The notes beneath the pieces were generated by a model that was given only the letters and a program-made list of their open reading frames with translations, was not told where the DNA came from and did not search any database. From the NCBI RefSeq assembly GCF_963921235.1, contig NC_086108.1:50780001-50844000 (forward strand): a stretch of DNA of 64,000 nucleotides, read 5' to 3'. This document shows, piece by piece, positions 33,420 through 44,500 of this stretch (position 1 is the stretch's first letter; every line of letters starts with the position of its first letter). Origin of the DNA: Mobula hypostoma (Eukaryota). Made by a program: the position numbers and the translations under genes.

Positions 33420-34220
33420 TAATGGACACCTTTAACAGTCCACTGTCCCTGCAGGCTTCAAGGCAGTCACCATCGTTCCAATGCCCAAGAGAGCCATGAT
33501 TAACTGGTGTAAGTGATCACTGACCAGTGGCACTGACTTCAATAATCCTGAAGTGCCTTGAGCCACTGGACAATCATCTCCCAGAGGATGGTGGGTAAAC
33601 TGTCCTTGTTGATGCTCAACACTCCTCTCTGTAACTGGATCTTGGGCTTAATGAAACAACCCCAGTCAGTCCGAGTCAGATCGACTGCTCTCCATTGCAC
33701 TTCCATGGCTCTGCCGTGGAGAGAGTGAAGAGCACAACGTTCCTTGGTGTGCACATAACGGTTAATCTAACCTGGACCCACAACTCTTCCTCACTAGTCA
33801 AGAAGGCACAGTAGCGTCTATTCTTTCTGAGGAGATTGTGGTGTGCAAGACTCCTCGCCCCTGTTCGCTCTACAGGAGCACAGTTGAGAGTGTCCTATAT
33901 GGCTGCCTCATTGTGTGCTATGGAAGCTGAGAGGCTTCAGACCACAAGAGCCAACCGAGGTGAGTTAAAATGGCCGAGAGCATCACTGGCGCCTGCCTCC
34001 CCCACATTTGCGACAATTACCAGGAGGACTGCAGAAGACAGGCCCGAAGCATTGTTGAAGATCCCTACCACCTGTCCCACAATCTCTCTGACCCACTATC
34101 AGGAAGGAGATACAGAAGCATCAGGACTAGGACTGCCAGACTATGTAACAGCTTCCTCCTTCAGCCTGTGAGACTAAAAGAACTCCCTGCCGCCACCGAG
34201 GTCTCGTCTTTAGGTCAATG
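33420..34220 (+). mobile_element. Degraded, internally deleted Rex1/Babar-like LINE
   Basis: Fragments PVALTSIILKCLE, FLGVHIT and RSIVEDPYHLSHNLSDPLSGRRYRSIRTRTARLCNSF. Confidence 0.7.
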
Positions 34221-35097
34221 ACAAGGCATTCTATGGCACCTCACAGACGAGTCATAAAACAAATTTGATACTGAATCTCAAGAAGATTAAGGACATATTT
34301 AAGAGAGATATTATATGTTTAAGGGGGGGGAAGGTTCAGAGCAGAAGGTCTTGATGTCTGAAGTCAACATCAATGCTGAAGCAGTCAAGAGGTCAATTGT
34401 GGAAAAACCCAGAAATTTCAGGGGTTGCTTGGTTAGAGGAGTTTACAAAGTCATGGAGGTATTTCAAAATAAATGTCAGAATTCTGATGTGGATGAGGTT
34501 TTTCTTAAAGCAAGCACAAACCTGGTGCTTTTGAAGTTAAAAAAATCTACTGGAGGAAGTCAGCAGGTCAAGCACCATTTGTTAGGAGGAGGATAATTTC
34601 AGGATAAGACTGTGAATCAGGACTCAGGAATAACAGACTTTACTCACTGCCAAGACCAAGGGACCAAGACATCAGAACTTTGAGTGACTAAAGTGAATGG
34701 AGTTTACTGCTCAGATGATTAGATAGGAGTATTTTGATGGGTTAAGATAATTTATGACGTAATCAGTGAGGCTGTAGAGTGAAAGAATGAAAATTAGCCT
34801 TCGTGATGTGTAGTCAGGAGCTCTTCACAGATTCAGACTTCAAAGCTGCAAATAGTTTACAACAGCTTCAGGGAGTTAGGCAGAAGCTAGAGAAAGGAGT
34901 GGACTTAATAACCAGGGAACAGCCATTGGAAGTGGAATATATGGCTTAAATCATATTTAATGCAGCTGGGGTTTGTTTTCCTTGGGGTAAAGGACATCTG
35001 ATATACATACAGAAAATAAGGTACATAAGATATATATAGGGTATATAGCAAGAAATGTTACCCCAAGCAGAGGTATCCAAAATTAAAAGCTATAGGT

Positions 35098-35745
35098 TTT
35101 GAACATAGAACACAGAACAATACAGCACAGGAAAAGATCTTTTGCCCATGATGTAAATTTAAACTTAATCCCATTTGCCTGTATATGGTCCATAACCCTC
35201 AATCCGTGGACTCTTAATACTCTGTCTAAATGCCTCTTAAAACTTACTAATATATCTGCTTCCATCACCTTCCTTGGCAATGTGTTCGAGACACCAACCA
35301 TTCTCAGTGTAAAAACCATGTCTGGCAAATCTCCTTTAAACTTTATCCCACTCACCTTACAGATATCTCCTCTTGTATTTGACATTTTGACCCTCAGAAA
35401 AGTATCTCTTTGCTCTCTCCTAATTTTATATACTGTATTTCTATCAAGTTGCCCCTCAGTCTCTGATGCTTCAGGGTAACCAGTCTAATCTCCCTGCATT
35501 GCTAACACTCCCTGATCCAGGCAACGTCTCTTTTAACTCTCTCCAGTCTCCACATCCTTTCTGTAATGCAGCAAGCAGGACTGCATACAATATTCCAAAT
35601 GCAGCCCAACCAACGCTTTACACATGTAACATTTCTTGCCACCTTTCACACTCAATGCCCTGACTAATGAAGGCAAGTAAACTGTATGCCTTTGCTCCAC
35701 CATGTCTACTTGTGTTGCCATTTTCACGGAGCCTTGGACTGGTCA
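35098..35745 (-). mobile_element. Degraded CR1 3' fragment
   Basis: KALVGLHLEYCMQ and SFKRHLDR. (GAACATA)n tail at the left end. Confidence 0.75.
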
Positions 35746-35934
35746 GGCAAACAGTAAAAGGTTTAGATGTGATCCATAGAAGAACCTTCTTATCAGAGGG
35801 ACATGGAATCAGGGATGCACTGCCTAGTGGGTGGGGGGGGCAGGTGCTCTAACATTTAATGATCTAGGCAAGCATTTGAATCACCAGGGGATGTAAACTA
35901 TCAATCCTAAAGCTAGTGAATGAGATCAGTATAG

Positions 35935-36612
35935 GTTGGTACTTCAAGGTGAGGTGTTGTTATTTACTGCATCTGGTGCTCCCAGCGTGGTCTCCTCTAC
36001 ATTGGAGAGACCTGATGTAAGTTGGGAGACAACTTTGTTGAACACATTGTTGTGGTCCATTCTCCACAATAGGCGGGATTTCCCAGTGACTACCCATGTT
36101 AATTCAACCTCCCATTCTCATTCTGACATGTCGATCAATGGCCTCCTCTACTGCCATCATGAGGCCATGTTCAGGTTTGAGGAATAAAACTTATATTCAT
36201 CTGGGTAGAATGGCCTACTTCTGCTCCTTTGCCCTGTGATTTTGTGAGCCTCCAATCTGATGGCATGAACAATTTTTCTAACTTCCAATAATTCATCATA
36301 CCTCCTCTTCTCTCTTTTCCTCTTTCTCATTCTGGTTACCCTCACTCCCCTTCTCTTCTCCTCACCTACCCATCACCTCCCTCTGGTGCCCCCCCTCCTT
36401 CCCTTTCTTCCATGGTCATTCTCCTCTCCGATCAGATTCCTTCTTCTTCAGACCTTTACCTTTTCCACCTATTACCACCTCACTTCATCTCCCTTCTTCC
36501 ACCCACTCACCTGCGAACATGTATATACTCCTCAAAAGATGATGCCTGACCTACTGAGTTCCTCCAGCATTTTGTGTGTTATTCTGGATTTCCAGCATCA
36601 ATGGAACCTCTT
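35935..36612 (+). mobile_element. Penelope-like element 3' part (GIY-YIG region plus terminal repeat)
   Basis: Has a YIGET GIY-YIG motif (~35998), FPVTTHVNSTSHSHSD, a pyrimidine-rich tract and the terminal GATGCCTGACCTACTGAGTTCCTCCAGCATTTTGTGTG. Homologous to 48700-49449. Confidence 0.75.
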
Positions 36613-38123
36613 GTGTATATTAATAAAGCCATCCCTCAATACTGGAACAAAAGGGGTATGTTTTAGGTGTTTAGAGTTTATATTCAAGAGACCTTTGGAA
36701 CAGGCACCAGTATTGAATATTCAAATTGGCTCTGCTAGTTGGGATGTGCTATCATTGTAAATTTTAGATTCTCTTGAACTTTCTCTGGAGGTTTGCCATG
36801 TGAGTAAGTTTCCCAATTACAGCTTCAATACAGCTCAGTTTTAGTCAGTCACAATACAAATCATATCTACACTATTTATTTTCATCTCCTCATTTCACTC
36901 AATATTTTCAATTCCTCCCCGCCCCCACAGAGTCAACACTCCATGTGACTAACTGTGCCTGCAGCATTTTAAACTTGAGATATACTAAGTGCTACCTAAA
37001 TGTAATGTGCCTTAAAAATGTTAAAGCTAATAGTTTCAATAAATGAAATAAAAAGTCACATGTAGCCAAGTTTGTTTTAAGTCTTTTTCAGAAGGGCATT
37101 GATACTGTAGGTCCAATAGAATAGTGCTTGTGCTTTCACAGTTTGGAGGGAATTCCATGTCTCCTGGGTTTTCCGGAAATAGGTCGTCACATTATTCAAA
37201 TTAACATCATTGTCCAGTCTTAAACAGTGACATACAAAATGGTCACCGTGATTGCAAAATCTTTTACTTTTCCAGATGGAGTTTCCTGAATGATGATTTG
37301 GAATCAGTTGCCTAATTCGTAACCCGGTCAAATGGCTCATCGTGGTCATGATGAGTACCAGTGCTATATTATTATCCTAACTTTTATTCCTCTACTCAGG
37401 AGGGAAGGTTTAAGGGCTGGAAATACAGAAGTGAGGCCTTTGTTTTTTTTTCAGCAGCACGTCTGAAAATTGCATATTTCCACTAAGACATAACATTTAG
37501 AGTTGAATCAAAAACTCAGACACTCCCAGTCACTCTTCATCCCATGCTGAAGATACAATACAACTTTTGAGTCATATAGCCTGGGTAATTAGGTTGCATT
37601 CTGACAAAGAATTTCTGCCATTAGTCATTGCTGGGTCAGCAGGGCTTTCACAGGTATGCTGCATGAGCACTAGGTTAATTTTAAGGGGACCTTCTACAGA
37701 AGGAGTGGCTGCTCAGTACTTAATAACTAATCTTCTAAAATGTATCTGCTTTCCTTCTGCTCTTCCTCAATCTCCCATGCCCCATTCACTTGCAAGCTTC
37801 TAATAAATGCCCCCACCTCAGTCTCGCTGCACAGTCCTTGACCTTTGGGCAATCCTTGGGCTTCCATATCCCACCACATATTCCTCTTGAAGCTCCTGAT
37901 TGTGTCCCCCCTCCCGCCCCCCCCCGACTCCTGGTCCCACTCAACTTTGATTCCCTGGATCCAGTCTCTCTTATTTACCTTCACATCCTCGAAGTGTGCT
38001 GCAGTGCCACCCACTTCCTCGGCCCCTGGGTGCTACTGCACTTCGCAGCACGGGCCCAGGAATGAAACAGCCATTTGTTTAACAACTCAGTTTTCCTTTA
38101 GGTGTTTAAGTGCTGTAGTTGTG

Positions 38124-38530
38124 AAAAAGCTCAGCAGCAGATCAGGCGGTATTTATGGAAAGAGAAATGGGCAGGTACAGATTTGGGAAAGATTTCTGAT
38201 AGAAGATCCCGGTGGTGATTCCAACCAATGTGCCAGTGTCCCACACATCCACAATCCCCAATGGTCATGCACCCTTGTGTCGGTCTGTACTCCAGACCAT
38301 GTAAATCACATTCCAGATCTCCATTCTTCATTTGCCTACTCCCACCTACTTCAGGAAACCTCCTCTTAATCAGCAATAAAAACACAAAATGCTGGAATCA
38401 CTGCCAGGATCCTTCATCAGAAATTTTTCCCAATTCTGTACCTGCCCAAGTCTCTTTCCATAAATACTGCCTGAACTGCTGAGTTTTTTCAGAGAGTTTT
38501 GTTTTTTGTTTTGTTTGAACATCTGCAGTG
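38124..38530. repeat. ~110-bp inverted repeat pair derived from a Penelope-like terminal repeat
   Basis: 38126-38232 is an imperfect reverse complement of 38381-38490. A third copy lies at ~40440-40570. Confidence 0.7.
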
Positions 38531-38584
38531 TTTTGCGAGCTTCCTCATCATTCGTGCCAACTAACATTTGTATCCTCACTACAA

Positions 38585-39850
38585 TCAAATCGTCCACCAT
38601 TGTCTCTGTAGCTATGAAAACCAAGGTAGCATGCCTGAATGATTGGTGCCCTGTTGCTCTCACCTCAATTATAAGCAAATATTTTGAGAGGCTGGTTAAA
38701 TACTCCATCTGCAGCATGGACCCTCTACAATTTGTCTACCGACGGAACTGGTCTACCGATGACACACAGCCACAGCACTATACACTGTCCTCACCCACCT
38801 GGAGAAGAGGGATGCGTACATTAGAATGCTGTTCCTGGACTACAGTTCGGCATTCAACACCATAATTCCCTCCAGACTTGACAGGATGCTCAGCGACCTC
38901 GGCCTGCTCCTGTGCTCTGTGCGGCTGAATCCTAGACCTCCTGTTAGATCACTGACAGGTGGGAAGGATGGGCTGCCTCACCTCTGCCCCCTGACCCTCA
39001 ACACAGGTACCCCCCAGTGTTGTGTCCTGAGTCCCCCCCTCTTCACCCATGACTGTGCTGCCATACACAGCTCCAATCTGCTGTTCAAATTCGCAGATGA
39101 CACGACATTGATCGGCCTTATTTCTAATGGTGACGAGACAGCCTACAGAGGAGCAGTTAATAACCCGACATAGTGGTGCCAAGATAACAACCTCTCCTTC
39201 TAATTCCAAAAAAACAAAAGAGCTGATCCTGGATTACAGGAGGAACAGAGACAGGCTCACCCCAATCAACGTCAATAGGTCAGAATTTGAGAGGATGAGT
39301 AATTTCAAGTTCCTCAGTATACACATCACCGAAGATATTACCTGGCCTGTACACACCAGCTGTGTGGCAAAAAAAGCACAACAGCATCTCTTCCACCTCA
39401 GGCGACTGAAGAAGTTTGGTATGAACGCTCAAATCCTCAAGTCCTTCTACAGGGGCACCATTGAGAGCATCCTGACTGGCAGTAACACCGCCTGGTACAG
39501 AAACTGCACCAACCTTGATCGCTGGGCACTGCAGGGAGTGGTATGGACAGCCCAGCACATCTGTGGATGTGAACTTCCCTCCACTGAGGACATTTACAGC
39601 AGCAGGTGCAGAAAGAAGGCCTGGAAGATCATCAGGGACACCAGTCACCCCAACCATAAACTGTTTCAGCTGCTTCTGTCTGGCAAACAGTACTGCAGCC
39701 AGGACCAACAGGCTACAGGACAGTTTCTTTCTACAAGCCACTAGACGTTTAAATTCACACGTTTGTACATTGCGATGGAGTCATAACTCAAAGATTTTTC
39801 CCTCACGTTGTGGGATGGATGTAAAATATAAATAATTCAATTCAATCCAA
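38585..39850 (+). mobile_element. Rex1/Babar-like LINE (RT to 3' end)
   Basis: PVALTSIISKYFERLV, MLFLDYSSAFNTI, GTPQCCVLSP, FKFADDTT and KKAQQHLFHLRRLKKF, with an (AATTC)n tail. Confidence 0.88.
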
Positions 39851-40589
39851 TCAGCTTCTGTTGGTTATAAACTATCACTTCATCAGCTGTGGCTAGTCTT
39901 TCAGCCATCATACTCAGAAACTTAGCATTCACATACTCAGCTATCTCCCTCCCCCACCAGAAGCTCTTTAACAGAGTATCTACCTGTCTAAGTGCTCACT
40001 TGGTCTTTTAAGTGACTTTGAAGTCTTCTTACAAGTCAAAGGCGATTTTAACTACAAAACTATGAAAACTATGAATTGTTCAGATGTTTTGGTCTCCATT
40101 CTCACATTGAATTTCCCTTTAAGGCTAGATTTTTCCCAAGTTAATGTTTAAAAAAAATTAGATCTCTTCACTGCTTCCTGATTTGGGAGGTTGCTTGGAG
40201 CTAACAATATTAATGAAATTGCTCTGTTTCAACCACTGAGTTGTTCCAGTTTCTTTTACTAAGTATTTATATTTGCAATTCCAATATATTACAATCAGCA
40301 GACAAGTGGAGAGTGTTGAGGAATGGCAGGGATAGATAAACTACGACAGTTCTTACTCCTCTTGATAAAAATGTCAATTTCTATTTGATCTCAGCCAGAA
40401 TGTGACCCCCCCACCCACAGATGTTCAAACAAAACATCTCTGAAAAAACTCAGCAGGTCAGACAGTATTTAGGGAAAGAGAAATAAGCAGGTACAAAATT
40501 GGGAACGATTTCTGATGAAGGATCCCAGCAGTGGGTCCAGAATTTTGTGGTTTTCTTATAGATAAAGAGGTCACATGTGCCCTTGCATT

Positions 40590-40905
40590 TGTAGGAAGAG
40601 GTGCAGTCGACGTTTCAGGCCGAGACCAAAGGGAGATACGAGAGAATCATGGGACAGATCTGGCCTATCACCTGTCCAGCTCTTGGCTCTATCCTTCCCC
40701 CTCCTGTCTTCTCCTATCATTTTGGATCTCCCCCTCCAACTTTCAAATCCCTTACTCACTCTTCCTTCAGTTAGTCCTGACGAAGAGTCTCGGCCTGAAA
40801 CGTCGACTGCACCTCTTCCTACAGATGCTGCCTGGCCTGCTGCGTTCACCAGCAACTTTGATGTGTGTTGCTTGAATTTCCAGCATCTGCAGAAGTCCTG
40901 TTGTT
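40590..40905 (+). mobile_element. Short Penelope-like insertion with 12-bp TSD and inverted partial terminal repeat
   Basis: TSD TGCCCTTGCATT at 40578-40589 and 40906-40917. 40590-40626 is the reverse complement of 40787-40823. Confidence 0.85.
40773..40808 (+). ncRNA. Minimal type I hammerhead ribozyme motif (PLE-associated)
   Basis: AGTC-CTGACGA-AGAGTCTCGGCCT-GAAA-C-GTC-GACT. It has the CUGANGA and GAAA core boxes, stem I AGUC/GACU, a palindromic ACGU stem III and a GUC cleavage triplet. Confidence 0.65.
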
Positions 40906-41140
40906 TGCCCTTGCATTACTTGCTGCTGAGTTCTAGGGGCAGGTGGGCCAAACTACATCTTTATTACTTGGAGCATAAGAGAACAAGAGGAGATCTCATG
41001 CTTGTTCGTAATATCATGGAGTATGGATAAGGTCATAGCTTTTCCCCCCCGAGAGTTGGGGGAATTAGAGGGCGCAAATACAAGATAAGGGAAGAGAGAT
41101 TGAAAAGCTAGCTCAGAGGTAACGCAGTCCAGAGACCCGG

Positions 41141-41575
41141 ATGGTAGTTTGCCTCCCTGGTGCCAGGGTCCGGGATATTTCTGATCGTGTCCAAGATATC
41201 CTGAAGTGGAAGGATGAGGAGCCAGAGGTCATGGTACATATAGGTACCAATGACATAGGTAGGAAAAGGGATGAGGTCCTGAAAGGAGAATATAGGGAGC
41301 TAGGAAGGGAGTTGAGAAAAAGGACCGCAAAGGTAGTAATCTCGGGATTACTGCCTGTGCCACGCGACAGTGAGAGTAGGAATGCGATGAGGTGGAGGAT
41401 AAATGCGTGGCTGAGGGATTGGAGCAGGGGGCAGGGATTCAAGTTTTTGGATCATTGGGACCTCTTTTGGCGCAGGCGTGACCTGTACAAAAAGGATGGG
41501 TTACACTTGAATCCTAGGGGGACCAATATCCTGGCAGGGAGATTAGCGAGGGCTACTGAGGTGACTTTAAACTAG
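41141..41575 (+). CDS. CR1 ORF1 C-terminal SGNH/GDSL esterase domain (5'-truncated)
   Basis: CLPGARV, VHIGTNDIG and DGLHLN motifs; ends …TLN*. Confidence 0.85.
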   Translation: MVVCLPGARVRDISDRVQDILKWKDEEPEVMVHIGTNDIGRKRDEVLKGEYRELGRELRKRTAKVVISGLLPVPRDSESRNAMRWRINAWLRDWSRGQGFKFLDHWDLFWRRRDLYKKDGLHLNPRGTNILAGRLARATEVTLN

Positions 41576-41580
41576 AATGG

Positions 41581-44500
41581 TTGGGGGGTGGGAATCAAAT
41601 TAAAGAGGCTAGGCGTGAGGAGGTTAGTTCACAACAGGGGGGTGGGAACCAGTGCAGAGAGACAGAGGGGTGTAAAGTGAGGGTAGAAGCAAAAAGTACT
41701 AAGGAGAAAAGTAAAAATGGCAGGCCGACAAATCCAGGGCAAGCATTAAAAAGGACCACTTTACAACATAATTGTATAAGGGCTAAGAGAGTTGTAAAAG
41801 AGCGCCTGAAGGCTTTGTGTGTCAATGCAAGGAGCATTCGTAATAAGGTGGATGAATTGAAAGTGCAGATTATTATTAATGATTATGATATAGTTGGGAT
41901 CACAGAGACATGGCTCCAGGGTGACCAGGGATGGGAGCTCAACGTTCAGGGATATTCAATATTCAGGAGGGATAGACATGAAGGAAGGGGAGGTGGGGTG
42001 GCGTTGCTGGTTAAAGAAGAGATTAACGCAATAGAAAGGAAGGACATAAGCCGGGAAGATGTGGAATCGATATGGGTAGAGCTGCGTAACACTAAGGGGC
42101 AGAAGACGCTGGTGGGAGTTGTGTACAGGACACCTAACAGTAGTAGTGAGGTCGGAGATGGTATTAAACAGGAAATTAGAAATGTGTGCAATAAAGGAAC
42201 AGCAGTTATAATGGGTGACTTCAATCTACATGTAGATTGGGTGAACCAAATTGGTAAAGGTGCTGAGGAAGAGGATTTCTTGGAATGTATGCGGGATGGT
42301 TTTTTGAACCAACATGTCGAGGAACCAACTAGAGAGCAGGCTATTCTGGACTGGGTTTTGAGCAATGAGGAAGGGTTAATTAGCGATCTTGTCGTGAGAT
42401 GCCCCTTGGGTAAGAGTGACCATAATATGGTGGAATTCTTCATTAAGATGGAGAGTGACATAGTTAATTCAGAAACAAAGGTTCTGAACTTAAAGAGGGG
42501 TAACTTTGAAGGTATGAGATGTGAATTAGCTAAGATAGACTGGCAAATGACACTTAAAGGATTGACAGTGGATATGCAATGGCAAGCATTTAAAGGTTGC
42601 ATGGATGAACTACAACAATTGTTCATCCCAGTTTGGCAAAAGAATAAATCAAGGAAGGTAGTGCACCCGTGGCTGACAAGAGAAATTAGGGATAGTATCA
42701 ATTCCAAAGAAGAAGCATACAAATTAGCCAGAGAAAGTGGCTCACCTGAGGACTGGGAGAAATTCAGAGTTCAGCAGAGGAGGACAAAGGGCTTAATTAG
42801 GAAGGGGGAAAAAGATTATGAGAGAAAACTGGCAGGGAACATAAAAACGGACTGTAAAAGCTTTTATAGATATGTAAAAAGGAAAAGACTGGTAAAGACA
42901 AATGTAGGTCCCCTGCAAACAGAAACAGGTGAATTGATTATGGGGAGCAAGGACATGGCAGACCAGTTGAATAATTACTTTGGTTCTGTCTTCACTAAGG
43001 AGGACATAAATAATCTTCCAGAAATAGTAGGGGACAGAGGGTCCAGTGAGATGGAGGAACTGAGCGAAATACATGTTAGTAGGGAAGTGGTGTTAGGTAA
43101 ATTGAAGGGATTGAAGGCAGATAAATCCCCAGGGCCAGATGGTCTGCATCCTAGAGTGCTTAAGGAAGTAGCCCAAGAAATAGTGGATGCATTAGTGATA
43201 ATTTTTCAAAACTCGTTAGATTCTGGACTAGTTCCTGAGGATTGGAGGGTGGCTAATGTAACTCCACTTTTTAAAAAAGGAGGGAGAGAGAAACCGGGGA
43301 ATTATAGACCGGTTAGCCTAACATCGGTGGTGGGGAAGCTGCTGGAGTCAGTTATCAAGTATGTGATAACAGCACATTTGGAAAGCGGTGAAATGATCGG
43401 ACAAAGTCAGCATGAATTTGTGAAAGGAAAATCGTGTCTGACGAATCTCACAGAATTTTTTGAGGGTGTAACTAGTAGAGTGGATAGGGGAGAACCAGTG
43501 GATGTGGTATATTTGGATTTTCAAAAGGCTTTTGACAAGGTCCCACACAGGAGATTAGTGTGCAAACTTAAAGCACACAGTATTGGGGGTAAGGTATTGG
43601 TGTGTGTGGAGAATTGGTTAGCAGACAGGAATCAAAGAGTGGGAATAAACGGGACCTTTTCAGAATGGCAGGCGGTGACTAGTGGGGTACCACAAGGCTC
43701 AGTGCTGGGACCCCAGTTGTTTACAATATATATTAATGACTTGGATGAGGGAATTAAATGCAGCATCTCCAAGTTTGTGGATGACACGAAGCTGGGTGGC
43801 AGTGTTAGATGTGAGGAGGATGCTAAGAGGATGCAGGGTGACTTGGATAGGTTGGGTGAGTGGGCAAATTCATGGCAGATGCAATTTAATGTGGATAAAT
43901 GTGAAATTATCCACTTTGGTGGCAAAAATAGGAAAACAGATTATTATCTGAATGGTGGCCGATTAGGAAAAGGGGAGGTGCAACGAGACCTGGGTGTCAT
44001 TATACACCAGTCATTGAAAGTGGGCATGCAGGTACAGCAGGCGGTGAAAAAGACGAATGGTATGCTGGCATTTATAGCGAGAGGATTCGAGTACAGGAGC
44101 AGGGAGGTACTACTGCAGTTGTACAAGGCCTTGGTGAGACCACACCTGGAGTATTGGGTGCAGTTTTGGTCCCCTAATCTGAGGAAAGACATCCTTGCCT
44201 TAGAGGGAGTACAAAGAAGGTTCACCAGATTGATTCCTGGGATGGCAGGACTTTCATATGAAGAAAGACTGGATGAACTGGGCTTGTACTCATTGGAATT
44301 TAGAAGATTGAGGGGGGATCTGATTGAAACGTATAAGATCCTAAAGGGATTGGACAGGCTAGATGCAGGAAGATTGTTCCCGGTGTTGGGGAAGTCCAGA
44401 ACGAGGGGCCACAGTTTGAGGATAGAGGGGAAGCCTTTTAGGACCGAGATGAGGAAAAACTTCTTCACACAGAGAGTGGTGAATCTGTGGAATTCTCTGC

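Noticed and set aside
37077..37349. 90-aa minus-strand ORF in unique sequence
   Set aside because: No recognisable motif and no convincing splice sites in that frame.
41573..41603. TAG-A-ATG as a stop/restart signal for ORF2
   Set aside because: The ATG at 41577 is not in the ORF2 frame (it gives an 8-codon ORF) and is absent from the other two junctions (TAGAATTG, TAGAGTAG).
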